DNA of 32,000 bases from Coprobacillaceae bacterium (GCA_963675515.1 OY776328.1:390001-422000), one strand, 5' to 3'; numbered from the stretch's first letter, positions 1 to 8,443 are shown. The notes: generated by a model not told the origin, from the letters alone. Program-made: numbers and translations.

Positions 1-219
1 GAAGTCGATCACCTGTTCCTTCAGGCTGACGTTGCTTACCAGACGGTCGATAAAAGGCACAAGAATGTGGAGCCCCACGGAAAGAGTCCGGTCGTAGGCC
101 CCGATTCTTTCAATTACATAAGCCCTTGATTGGGGTACAATCCTGATAGTCCGCGCGATCATCACAAGGACGATCAGAATAATCACAGCCCATAATAAAT
201 ATCCGATAATTGCATCCAT
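1..219 (-). CDS. SPFH/band-7 (stomatin-like) membrane protein, N-terminal part only (gene runs off window start)
   Basis: Minus-strand ATG at 219, 4 nt after the NfeD stop. Translation MDAIIGYLLWAVIILIVLVMIARTIRIVPQSRAYVIERIGAYDRTLSVGLHILVPFIDR... is a TM anchor followed by the conserved start of an SPFH domain. Classic NfeD-SPFH gene pair. Confidence 0.8.
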   Translation of the reverse strand, partial: MDAIIGYLLWAVIILIVLVMIARTIRIVPQSRAYVIERIGAYDRTLSVGLHILVPFIDRLVSNVSLKEQVIDF

Positions 220-223
220 TTAA

Positions 224-664
224 TTAATCCTCCCTTTCATTGGATAATTTCTTTACGACTAGATGGGCGCCTTCAACTCCGATAACCTCACAGTATTCGC
301 CCTCTTCAATTATTGTATTGTCGATACTTGATGCTGCCCAAGTTGAGGCCATTACTTTTACCTCTCCTTTCTTGTCGGGAGAGATTGAACTGATTACCAG
401 AGCATGCTTGCCGATGTAACGGTCATAGTTTGTCGCGACGGTGTTTGTTTTGAGATACCTTTTGGCAATCGGCCGGGTCACAATCAGTGAAAAACCGGTG
501 ACCAGAACAAACACGCCGATCTGAAATGGCATCGGGACGTCCAGCAGGTTCAAAACCAGAGCGAAGATGGCGCCCAAGCCAAACCAGATCGAGAGGAGGT
601 CAACCGAAGCTGCCTCGATGATGACCGAAGCGATGATGACAATAAGCCATAATATTGTTTCCAT
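224..664 (-). CDS. NfeD-family membrane protein
   Basis: 146-aa ORF with N-terminal TM helices and a soluble C-terminal beta-rich domain (KGEVKVMASTWAA...GEYCEVIGVEGAHLVV) typical of NfeD. Lies immediately upstream of the SPFH gene. Confidence 0.8.
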   Translation of the reverse strand: METILWLIVIIASVIIEAASVDLLSIWFGLGAIFALVLNLLDVPMPFQIGVFVLVTGFSLIVTRPIAKRYLKTNTVATNYDRYIGKHALVISSISPDKKGEVKVMASTWAASSIDNTIIEEGEYCEVIGVEGAHLVVKKLSNERED

Positions 665-703
665 ATGTATTTTCCTTTCGAACTTACAATAGTGAAGTTT
701 ATC

Positions 704-1069
704 CTAATTCAAATCCACAAGCAGGATCTGGTGGACCACATCGAAATAAGCCGGCAATTTGACTGTGCCTCTTGTTTCCAGGTCCAGATTGAAGCTTCTG
801 TCAAGTTCCTGCAAAAAGACCTTGTTGGAAATGCGCATGTAGCTTTTTCCTACCGAAATGTGATGGAGCTGTTCCTTCGGGTAGTAATTGTTGGCAGCCT
901 CCTCCTTGGTTACGGGCTTGATGCCCAGCTGTCCTTTCTGGTTGACTCCAAGCAATACATATGCGACATTTTCGAAATGCTTGCTTGCGGAAGAATTCAA
1001 GGTAATGCTGCCGCTGGCAATGGTGACTACTTTTTTGTTGCTTTCGCTGGTACACCAATTGAAATCCAT
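704..1069 (-). CDS. hypothetical protein (121 aa), probably co-transcribed with nfeD-SPFH
   Basis: Good RBS (AAAGGAG, 6 nt before the ATG at 1069). No family recognised. The overlapping plus ORF 665..1126 has no RBS and is treated as a shadow ORF. Confidence 0.55.
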   Translation of the reverse strand: MDFNWCTSESNKKVVTIASGSITLNSSASKHFENVAYVLLGVNQKGQLGIKPVTKEEAANNYYPKEQLHHISVGKSYMRISNKVFLQELDRSFNLDLETRGTVKLPAYFDVVHQILLVDLN

Positions 1070-1290
1070 GGTACCGCTCCTTTCTTATCTTATGCTAAAT
1101 TTAAACAAGTAACAAGTCAAATGTAACAATTAACTCGAGTAAATATAAATGTCATATTTTTCATATATTTCATATATAAATTATATTTCTTTTTTTGAGG
1201 AAATTCAACAGAATTCGAGCATGATTTGCTTGTAATAAAGGTTGTTTATCTTTTTTGTCAAAGAGTGTATAATGAGTTGAGGTGAAAAAA

Positions 1291-1734
1291 ATGAAAAAGT
1301 TGATATTGATCCTGTTTTTGCTTTTGGGTACGGTGGGATGCGCCAGATCGAACGACCAATCCTTGCTCGACAAGGAATTGGTAGGCAATTACACTTTAAA
1401 TTATTTTTACGTGACCGGATGCGGCGGATGCGAAGATTTCAAAACCTATGCGATTCCGGCGATTGAAGATGTTTTTGGAGACCATATCACAATCAATCAG
1501 TACGATCTCGATGATGCCCACACCAAGGCGATATATGAAGATATCATCAATCGTCTTGACGGGTTTGAAGAGGAAAACTACGGGTTTGGACCGTTCATCA
1601 GTTTTGGTGACTATTTTGCGAAACTCGGATATTCGTATGGCGACGAGAGCGAACTTGTCAATGACATGTTAAAAGCGGTACACGATATGGATCTAGGCGA
1701 CGAACTGATCGCCGGACGTTATTATTTCAAATGA
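1291..1734 (+). CDS. lipoprotein with thioredoxin-like CGGC motif
   Basis: Signal peptide plus lipobox MKKLILILFLLLGTVG|C. YFYVTGCGGCEDFK resembles a thioredoxin-fold CxxC site. GAGGTG RBS 6 nt before ATG 1291; the in-frame GTG at 1282 is an alternative start. Confidence 0.7.
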   Translation: MKKLILILFLLLGTVGCARSNDQSLLDKELVGNYTLNYFYVTGCGGCEDFKTYAIPAIEDVFGDHITINQYDLDDAHTKAIYEDIINRLDGFEEENYGFGPFISFGDYFAKLGYSYGDESELVNDMLKAVHDMDLGDELIAGRYYFK

Positions 1735-1750
1735 GAGGAAAGGTGATCTG

Positions 1751-2461
1751 ATGGCAACACCACATAATGAAGCTAAAAAAGGCGACATCGCCAAAATAGT
1801 ACTGATGCCCGGAGACCCGTTGCGGGCGAAATTCGTGGCCGACAATTTTCTGGAAGATGTTGTGCAGTTCAATTCGGTGCGCAACATGTTTGGCTATACC
1901 GGATCTTACAAGGGGAAACGGATCTCGGTCATGGGTTCGGGCATGGGGATGCCTTCGATTGGCATATATGCCCATGAACTGTATTCCCAGTATGATGTCG
2001 AAGCGATAATCCGCATCGGCAGCTGCGGGGCCTACGTCAAGGACATCCATGTCAACGACATAATTCTGGCGATCGGTTCGTCGACGGATTCCAATTTCGC
2101 CCACCATTACCAATTGCCTGGGACCTACAGCGCTACGGCGACTTTCGAACTGCTTGATATCGCCAATAAAAAGGCCAAGGAACAGGGTTGCAATTATAAG
2201 GTAGGGAATATCCTTTCTTCCGATGTCTTTTACTCGAAGAACTCACCTGTGGAAAAATGGGCGCAAATGGGAGTTCTTGCGGTGGAAATGGAATCGTACG
2301 CCCTGTATACCATTGCTGCCGAGCTTAAAAAATCAGCCCTATGCATTTTGACGGTGTCCGACTCACTGGTTCTAGATGAGAACCTTTCGCCAATGGAACG
2401 CCAGACCGGTTTTACAAATATGATGGAGATTGCCCTGAAAACTGCTTATGAATACATCTAA
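1751..2461 (+). CDS. deoD: purine nucleoside phosphorylase, DeoD type
   Basis: MATPHNEAKKGDIAKIVLMPGDPLRAKFVADNFLED...GKRISVMGSGMGMPS...VEMES...TVSD is near-collinear with E. coli DeoD over its full length. Confidence 0.93.
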   Translation: MATPHNEAKKGDIAKIVLMPGDPLRAKFVADNFLEDVVQFNSVRNMFGYTGSYKGKRISVMGSGMGMPSIGIYAHELYSQYDVEAIIRIGSCGAYVKDIHVNDIILAIGSSTDSNFAHHYQLPGTYSATATFELLDIANKKAKEQGCNYKVGNILSSDVFYSKNSPVEKWAQMGVLAVEMESYALYTIAAELKKSALCILTVSDSLVLDENLSPMERQTGFTNMMEIALKTAYEYI

Positions 2462-3065
2462 ATTTGCATTTTACGACTTTGATGACACCCTGATCCACGG
2501 GGATTCGAACAAATATATCTTCCTTTACGGACTTAAAAAAAGACCGCTGTTTGCTTTAAGTGTCTTTGCGATTGTCTTCTACTTCATAGGTTACAAGCTC
2601 AAGTTGTGCGAGATCAACAAAGCCAAAAGCATCTGGCTCAGGCCACTGAAGTGGATGGATGACAAAGAACTTGTGAGGTTCTACCAAAATGAGATCAAGC
2701 CTCACTATTATGATGAGGTCGTTGCCAATCTCAAGGCCCAATATGAGGCCGGTTATATAATTTACATATGTTCGGCAAGCGTCGAGGCTTACCTCTTGAA
2801 AACCGATCTCCCTTATCACTATCTTTCAGGGACGCGGACGAAAATGGTAAGGGGCCGTTTTACCAATATTGTGGTAGGAAAAAACTGCAAGCGCGCTGAG
2901 AAGGTTAACCGGATCATGGAGGTCCTGAATGAGGCGGGGTTGGCAATCGATTACGACAACTCATATGCCTATTCGGATTCGCCAAGCGATTGGCCGATGC
3001 TCAAGCTGGTGAAAAACAGGGTGCGTATCGACAAGAAAACCGGCGCGATGAGCGAATTCAAATAA
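2448..3065 (+). CDS. HAD-superfamily hydrolase (subfamily IB-like)
   Basis: N-terminal DxD motif FYDFDDTLIHGDS and C-terminal YSDSPSDWPML motif. Start overlaps the deoD end by 14 nt. Confidence 0.75.
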   Translation: MNTSKFAFYDFDDTLIHGDSNKYIFLYGLKKRPLFALSVFAIVFYFIGYKLKLCEINKAKSIWLRPLKWMDDKELVRFYQNEIKPHYYDEVVANLKAQYEAGYIIYICSASVEAYLLKTDLPYHYLSGTRTKMVRGRFTNIVVGKNCKRAEKVNRIMEVLNEAGLAIDYDNSYAYSDSPSDWPMLKLVKNRVRIDKKTGAMSEFK

Positions 3066-3090
3066 TTAAAGCAAACCAGGGGGTATGTGA

Positions 3091-4158
3091 ATGTTACTGC
3101 GCGACAGTTATGCGGTTGTTGATTTGAAAAGACTGAAAAGGAATATCGAGAAGGTCCACGCCGACTTCGAGCGGCCGCTGATGGCGGTCATCAAGGCGGA
3201 TGCCTATGGCCACGGATTCAAGGAAGTGGCGCTTTACATCCACCAGCTGGATTATGTCGAAATGTTCGCGGTGGCAACCCTCGAAGAAGCGCTCGAGCTT
3301 CGCGAGCTTGGGATAAAAAAGGGCATCCTGGTGCTTGGTGCGGTTCCGACCCGGCGCGGCCAGATCGAGCTGGCCATCGAAAATGAAATATCCCTGGCTT
3401 TGTTTTCTCTGGATTATTACTACCTGATCAAGTCATTCAGGCTGGACAAGCCAGTCAAGGTCCACATCAAGCTGGACACGGGGATGGGCCGGATCGGGTT
3501 GCAAAACCAGGAACAACTGCGCGAGCTGCTTGACGATCTCAATCCGGAACAGTTCGAGGTGGAAGGGATATTCACCCATTTCGCAACGGCTGATGGTGAC
3601 GAACTCGAATACAAAAAACAGCTGGAAAAATATTATGAAATGACCAAGGGGCTTGATCTCAAATACATGCATTGCAACAACAGTGCCGGGATGTTCTACC
3701 ACGATGAACGTCTCAGCAATCTTGGCCGGATCGGAATCACCATGTATGGGCTCGACCCTGCCGGTGAGCACCGAGGCGAATTCGAACAGGTCATGTCACT
3801 GTTTTCCAATGTGGTCATGGTCAAGAAGGTGCCAAAGGGATCCAAGATCGGATACGGAATGACTTATACCGCCAAAGGTGATGAATATATTGCCACCATT
3901 CCCCTGGGATATGCAGATGGATTCATCCGCAAAAATCAGGGTCGGGAAGTATATATCAACGGGAAGTACTATCAGATTGTCGGCCGTGTCTGCATGGACC
4001 AATGCATGATAAAGGTCGATGATTCGGTCAAGGTCGGCGACCAGGTGGAAATTTTCGGTGACCATATCTCGCTGGATTCGATGGCAAAGGAACTGGATAC
4101 GATATCCTATGAAGTTATCTGTCTGATAAAGCGGATACCGATAATATATAAAAAATAA
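3091..4158 (+). CDS. alr: alanine racemase
   Basis: PLP-lysine motif AVIKADAYGHG, HFATAD, and C-terminal GRVCMDQCMI. 355 aa. RBS AGGGGG. Confidence 0.93.
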   Translation: MLLRDSYAVVDLKRLKRNIEKVHADFERPLMAVIKADAYGHGFKEVALYIHQLDYVEMFAVATLEEALELRELGIKKGILVLGAVPTRRGQIELAIENEISLALFSLDYYYLIKSFRLDKPVKVHIKLDTGMGRIGLQNQEQLRELLDDLNPEQFEVEGIFTHFATADGDELEYKKQLEKYYEMTKGLDLKYMHCNNSAGMFYHDERLSNLGRIGITMYGLDPAGEHRGEFEQVMSLFSNVVMVKKVPKGSKIGYGMTYTAKGDEYIATIPLGYADGFIRKNQGREVYINGKYYQIVGRVCMDQCMIKVDDSVKVGDQVEIFGDHISLDSMAKELDTISYEVICLIKRIPIIYKK

Positions 4159-4275
4159 GTGGCCCACTTTGATGGGTTGCTTTTTCTCTTTGGCCATGCT
4201 CGATGCCGACAAGTGTTGCTGCATGATTTTGAAATTATCGAAGAGCACGGGTCATTATGGTTAAGTGATTATATG

Positions 4276-4300
4276 CATCTCCTTATGGGGATGTTTTTTG
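4276..4300 (+). terminator. putative intrinsic terminator downstream of alr
   Basis: Hairpin CATCTCC-TTAT-GGGGATG (one mismatch) followed by TTTTTT. Confidence 0.45.
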
Positions 4301-4384
4301 ATATCTTAGAAAATACGTCAAAACCGTTCGGGGAAAGCACAGGCGATTGATGAACTAAATTATTATTATAATGATAATTTATTA

Positions 4385-4413
4385 TTGACTTTTGCCGATC
4401 TCTTTGGTATTAT
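4385..4413 (+). promoter_or_regulatory. sigma-A-type promoter of the ABC ATPase gene
   Basis: TTGACT (4385-4390), 17-nt spacer, TATTAT (4408-4413), about 30 nt before the ATG at 4445. Confidence 0.5.
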
Positions 4414-4444
4414 GGTCACATAGCCAAGGGGAGCAGGTGAGGAT

Positions 4445-5170
4445 ATGATAAAATTAGAAAACGTCAACAAGTATTTTGGCAACGTCCACGTTCTAAAGGA
4501 TGTCAATCTTACCGTAGGTGAAGGTGAGAAAGTGTTCATCATGGGGCCTTCGGGGTCGGGTAAATCGACAGCAATCCGTTGCATCAACCATCTCGACGAA
4601 CCAACCACAGGTTATGTCAGCATCGATGGAAGAGTTGTCGACAAGAGCGACCGGACAAAGGTTGTCAGAGATAATGTCTCGATGGTTTTTGGGCAGTTCA
4701 ATCTATATCCCCATTTGACGGTACTTGAGAATCTGACCCTTGCGCCAATGAGACTCCGTGGTTATAGCAAATGGGATGCTGACGAGTTGGCCAGAGTGAC
4801 CCTTGGACGGGTGGGTCTTACCGGAAAGGAACAGGCTTTTCCTGAAGAACTGTCTATTGGGCAGCAGCAGCGGGTGGCGATTGCCCGTGCGCTGTGCGCA
4901 AAAAGCCGCGTGATACTCCTTGACGAACCGACCGGAGCGATGGATCGGGAAATGGCTCAGGAAGTTCTTGATGTGATGGTTGACTTGTCAAAAGAGAATG
5001 TGACGATGATCTGCGTTACCTGCGAGATTGACTTTGCCAAAGAAATGGCTGATCGCGTGGTGTTTATGGATGAGGGAATGATTGTCGAAGAAGGGAGTCC
5101 GAGCGATTTCTTCGACAATCCCAAGACCGACCGCGCCAAGGATTTTTTAGGAAAGTGGATCAGACACTAA
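4445..5170 (+). CDS. amino-acid-type (GlnQ/HisP-like) ABC transporter ATP-binding protein, orphan, with substituted catalytic motifs
   Basis: Walker A GPSGSGKST and Walker B ILLDEP are present. Three motifs deviate: Q-loop MVFGQFNL (G83 where Gln is expected), signature LSIGQQQR (I138 for Gly), and H-loop VTCEIDFA (C193 for His). No permease or binding-protein gene is adjacent. Confidence 0.85.
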   Translation: MIKLENVNKYFGNVHVLKDVNLTVGEGEKVFIMGPSGSGKSTAIRCINHLDEPTTGYVSIDGRVVDKSDRTKVVRDNVSMVFGQFNLYPHLTVLENLTLAPMRLRGYSKWDADELARVTLGRVGLTGKEQAFPEELSIGQQQRVAIARALCAKSRVILLDEPTGAMDREMAQEVLDVMVDLSKENVTMICVTCEIDFAKEMADRVVFMDEGMIVEEGSPSDFFDNPKTDRAKDFLGKWIRH

Positions 5171-5946
5171 GATAGGATTTGAGTTGGGGATTTAGGTAAG
5201 ATGATGTTGAGGGGCGACATCGTCAAATGGTGCCGATCATCGACTGTCCATCTCTTAAGAAGAACCGCTTTAACCGGTCCAAGGCTATGCTGTAGGGGGC
5301 TGCCTTGGATCAAGGCTTGCTTGAATTTGGTATTGATATGACTATAGTTTTTCCATGAACCATCCAAACGAGCAGGTTTTCTCAATGATCAATAAGAAAA
5401 CTTCTTTGCGACATCCCTGGATCATTGATAATTGTCGACAATTGAAATGTACTACTATGGGTGTGTGGGGCTATTGGACGCCTCGATAGCCCCACACATG
5501 CCCGAATAGTTGACTGGACTAACCTGGGGAACAATCGGTTTTCTGCCAGTAATCGAAAGCTTTTAATATAAATCACCCATCCTTGTTTAATGCTTGATTT
5601 TACTGGTTGGGTTGTTAATCCTGGCTAGTCTGAGTTGACTATTTTAATTTTTTAACAACGGCGTTGCTGTCTTTTGTGTGGGTGCAAAAGTCATCATAGT
5701 TTCATATCGAGTTGCAATGGCCCGATATTATTGAAAATCATCTTGGAAATCAGGTCGCGATGTTTGTATCTTGCCTCTGGGGAGAGATCATGGTGCAAAC
5801 GACATCTGATATGTTTTGTATAAGAGCTGAAAAATTGACATCATTGGAAAAGTCCTTTTTGTTCCTTCAACTCCAATCAGGGACCAATTGGGGACCTTAT
5901 CATTTGCGTGCGGGAACAGGATAATTAAGAAGACCTTTACTATCGA
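5171..5946. other. ORF-poor 0.8-kb stretch, possibly decayed gene or mobile-element remnant or non-coding RNA locus
   Basis: Only short ORFs (72 aa or less) in any frame, none with an RBS. Multiple frame-broken protein-like fragments on the minus strand. Contains the 13-bp perfect hairpin at 5462-5498. Confidence 0.3.
5462..5498. other. 13-bp perfect GC-rich stem-loop
   Basis: TGTGTGGGGCTAT (5462-5474) pairs perfectly with ATAGCCCCACACA (5486-5498), with an 11-nt loop TGGACGCCTCG. No U-tract on either side. Confidence 0.6.
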
Positions 5947-5950
5947 CAAA

Positions 5951-5988
5951 AAAAGCTTAATTCAAATTCATGAATTAAGCTTTTTTTA
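5951..5988 (-). terminator. intrinsic terminator (bidirectional shape) after the 5986..6408 gene
   Basis: AAGCTTAATTCA (5953-5964) pairs with TGAATTAAGCTT (5971-5982) as a 12-bp perfect stem, flanked by an A-run and a T-run. Confidence 0.7.
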
Positions 5989-6408
5989 GTCGAACAGCTG
6001 ATTCAAACGGATGTATGATACCGTTCCGCTGTAGCTTTTGGTCACAACACCCTGGCTGATCACAAAATATTGGGGACTGGTTCCGTCGGTTGTGGCGAAT
6101 GTCGTCCTGATCCAAGCGGTCTGATCTTCCATTGACTGGGTGTCCACATAGTAGATCTTGGTGCCTGAATGTTCCTGCAGGAACGGTTCAACCACTTCGC
6201 TTATATAGCCGCTGATGTTTGTGTCGCTGTAGTCGCCAACAAGCACGACAAAGTCATCTTTGCTTTCGAGTTTGGCAGTGAGTTTGGTTGTTGAGATTGT
6301 TGTCACATCCTCATGGGTCAGGTTCCTGAAAATGAACAAGCCGAGGAATATTACAAAAACCAGGCCAAAGATGCTTATCTCTTTGGCAAATTTCTTCACA
6401 AATTCCAT
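5986..6408 (-). CDS. membrane-anchored thioredoxin-fold-like protein lacking CxxC
   Basis: N-terminal TM helix (ISIFGLVFVIFLGLFIF) followed by a pattern resembling a thioredoxin fold (DDFVVLVGDYSDTNISGYISEVVEPFLQEH..KIYYVDTQ) with no cysteines. RBS GGAGG 6 nt upstream. Confidence 0.6.
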   Translation of the reverse strand: MEFVKKFAKEISIFGLVFVIFLGLFIFRNLTHEDVTTISTTKLTAKLESKDDFVVLVGDYSDTNISGYISEVVEPFLQEHSGTKIYYVDTQSMEDQTAWIRTTFATTDGTSPQYFVISQGVVTKSYSGTVSYIRLNQLFD

Positions 6409-6538
6409 ATGATGCCTCCTGAGTTTTACCTTGTTATTTTACCAAATTATGGCACTGAACTCAATATGTAAATGGAATATGGTTATCTTTGGGGAAATAA
6501 CGAAGACTGTGGGAAAGAAAAAAGGATAATACTTGGTA

Positions 6539-7609
6539 TTATCCCATGATATCCTTCATCGCGTTGATGAATTGTTCGTTTTGTTCCGGACGACCGACGC
6601 TGACCCTCAGGAATTCACCGAATGGGCGAAGCAATACGCCTTTCTGGTTCAAATCGAGCATCAACTGGTTTGCATCTCGATCGGGTTTGAAGTAGATGAA
6701 GCTGGCATATGATTTTACCACCTCAAAATTGTACTGGCGCAGGGCATTATAGATCAAGTTGCGGCCTTTGGTGTTGTTGGCGATTGAACGGGCGATATAT
6801 TCCTTGTCCTCAAGCGCGACCCTTACGGCCTTTAGCACAAGACGGTTGGGTGCATAGTTGAATTCGAATTTTTCCAAATGTTGGGCAATTTCTTCGTTGG
6901 CAATAGAGTAACCAAAACGCAATCCGGCAAGAGCGAACAGTTTTGAGAATGTTCTTAGGACGATTACTTTGTGACTGTCAATAAACTGAACAGCTGATTC
7001 GAATGATTCGTCATCAACCCAGTCGATATAGGCTTCGTCGACGATTGTGATGACATGGTCAGGCACATTGTCGAAATAATGGTGCAATTCTTCATTGGTC
7101 ACCTTCGCCCCGGTCGGATTGTTGGGGTTTACTATGCAGACTAGTTTCGTCTTTTCGTTGATGGCTTCAAGCATGGCTGTGGTGTCGCATGCATATTCCT
7201 TGGTAGGAATTTTCACCAACTTGGCTCCAAAACGGTTCGCCAGCAGGCGGTAGGCAACATAGCTTGGATCGGCGATGATCACTTCATCTTCAGGATTAAG
7301 GAAGATCTCATGGATGGCACAGATTAGCGAGCTGCTTCCGGCCCCGAGATTGATCTTTCCAACCGGCAGGTTATGGTAATCTCCAATAGCCTTACGGGTC
7401 AGTCCCATTTCCTTGCCTGGGTACAGGTGCATCTCTTTTAGAGCCTCGGTCATTGCGGCAATAACTTTTTCGCTTGGACCAAGCATGTTTTCATTGGCGT
7501 TTAGTTTACAAAAAGGAATATCAACAGGAGCAGCAGGCAATGGTGTACCTCCTGGAGTATATCCGACGGCGTCTTCGATGTATTTTCTTAATAAATGGTT
7601 AACGTTCAT
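6539..7609 (-). CDS. hisC: histidinol-phosphate/aromatic aminotransferase family (class II PLP aminotransferase)
   Basis: LNANENMLGP, NPNNPTG, and PLP-lysine motif RTFSKLFALAGLRFGY. 356 aa. RBS GGAGGG. Confidence 0.85.
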   Translation of the reverse strand: MNVNHLLRKYIEDAVGYTPGGTPLPAAPVDIPFCKLNANENMLGPSEKVIAAMTEALKEMHLYPGKEMGLTRKAIGDYHNLPVGKINLGAGSSSLICAIHEIFLNPEDEVIIADPSYVAYRLLANRFGAKLVKIPTKEYACDTTAMLEAINEKTKLVCIVNPNNPTGAKVTNEELHHYFDNVPDHVITIVDEAYIDWVDDESFESAVQFIDSHKVIVLRTFSKLFALAGLRFGYSIANEEIAQHLEKFEFNYAPNRLVLKAVRVALEDKEYIARSIANNTKGRNLIYNALRQYNFEVVKSYASFIYFKPDRDANQLMLDLNQKGVLLRPFGEFLRVSVGRPEQNEQFINAMKDIMG

Positions 7610-7866
7610 AAATTACCCTCCATTTGAACTCCTTTAAAATATACAACAATCAGCCAATAAAATCAATGGATTGTATACAACTAGTAATAAAAATAGCCGT
7701 TTTTTTGGCCGCCATTAAGAATAAAAGAATAAGGATACCGTATTTAAGATAATCAACCAATGAACAGAGTAGTGATCGTGACATCATTTGAGCAATGCCA
7801 ATGATGAAAAGCTTGCAGCCGGGAATTAAAAAAAGCTTCAAAGTAACGATAAAAATCATATTTCGG

Positions 7867-7895
7867 TTGTCAATTCAATGGGCATTTGTTAAAAT
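7867..7895 (+). promoter_or_regulatory. candidate distal promoter of the tRNA array
   Basis: TTGTCA-N17-TAAAAT. Confidence 0.35.
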
Positions 7896-7942
7896 GTTTG
7901 TGTACCAATTTTAGCTAATATGATTTTTTTTCTTGAAAACTA

Positions 7943-7971
7943 TTGCATTTGAAATAAATCTAGTGTATATT
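7943..7971 (+). promoter_or_regulatory. candidate middle promoter of the tRNA array
   Basis: TTGCAT-N17-TATATT. Confidence 0.35.
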
Positions 7972-8047
7972 GATATAGCGCCTTAACCAAGGGGGCTTGA
8001 GGAAAGTTCGAGTTCGAAACGGTTGAGAAAAAATATCAAAAAAGTTC

Positions 8048-8076
8048 TTGACTAAGCGGTCGGGAATTGGTATTAT
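8048..8076 (+). promoter_or_regulatory. proximal sigma-A promoter of the tRNA array
   Basis: TTGACT (8048-8053), 17-nt spacer, TATTAT (8071-8076), about 19 nt before the first tRNA. Confidence 0.6.
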
Positions 8077-8094
8077 ATCTAGGTAGCAAAAAGC

Positions 8095-8170
8095 GGGGGT
8101 TTAGCTCAGTTGGGAGAGCATCTGCCTTACAAGCAGAGGGTCGGCGGTTCGAGCCCGTCAACCCCCACCA
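8095..8170 (+). tRNA. tRNA-Val(TAC)
   Basis: Acceptor GGGGGTT/AACCCCC, anticodon loop CTTACAA, T-loop GGTTCGAGC, encoded CCA. Confidence 0.9.
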
Positions 8171-8191
8171 TTTATTATAAGCAATCAAAAT

Positions 8192-8267
<76 letters not shown>

Positions 8268-8270
8268 TAT

Positions 8271-8354
8271 GGAGGAGTAGCGAAGTGGCCAAACGCGGCT
8301 GACTGTAACTCAGTTCCTTTCGGTTCGGTGGTTCGAATCCGCCCTCCTCCACCA
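8271..8354 (+). tRNA. tRNA-Tyr(GTA), long variable arm
   Basis: Acceptor GGAGGAG/CTCCTCC, anticodon loop CTGTAAC, type-II variable arm, encoded CCA. Close to B. subtilis tRNA-Tyr. Confidence 0.88.
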
Positions 8355-8359
8355 TCTAT

Positions 8360-8435
8360 TGGGGTATAGCCAAGCGGTAAGGCAACAGACTTTGACTCTG
8401 TCATCTCCCTGGTTCGAATCCAGGTACCCCAGCCA
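8360..8435 (+). tRNA. tRNA-Gln(TTG)
   Basis: Acceptor TGGGGTA/TACCCCA, anticodon loop CTTTGAC, encoded CCA. Confidence 0.88.
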
Positions 8436-8443
8436 ACTTTTTT

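Noticed and set aside
4159-4350. 63-aa ORF after alr, and the idea of a mazEF-type toxin-antitoxin pair that often follows alr in Bacilli.
   Set aside because: The ORF starts with GTG directly at the alr stop without an RBS. The translation has no MazE/MazF features, and the terminator hairpin at 4276-4300 lies inside it.
5230-5340. IS3-family transposase C-terminal remnant (KNYSHINTKFKQALIQGSPLQHS versus YYNxERxxxxLxGxSPxxYR).
   Set aside because: The similarity is short and weak. The expected upstream DDE/rve motifs are not found at the right distance, and no inverted repeats were seen. It is kept only as a hypothesis within the degenerate-region finding.
7650-7859. 69-aa hydrophobic ORF on the minus strand between hisC and the tRNA array.
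   Set aside because: No RBS upstream of its ATG. It lies in the AT-rich promoter region, and the composition-driven Leu/Ile/Phe-rich translation is typical of spurious ORFs.
7863-7874. 12-mer TCGGTTGTCAAT shared between 7863-7874 and 25317-25328.
   Set aside because: In a 32-kb window, dozens of chance 12-mer coincidences are expected. The flanks do not match.
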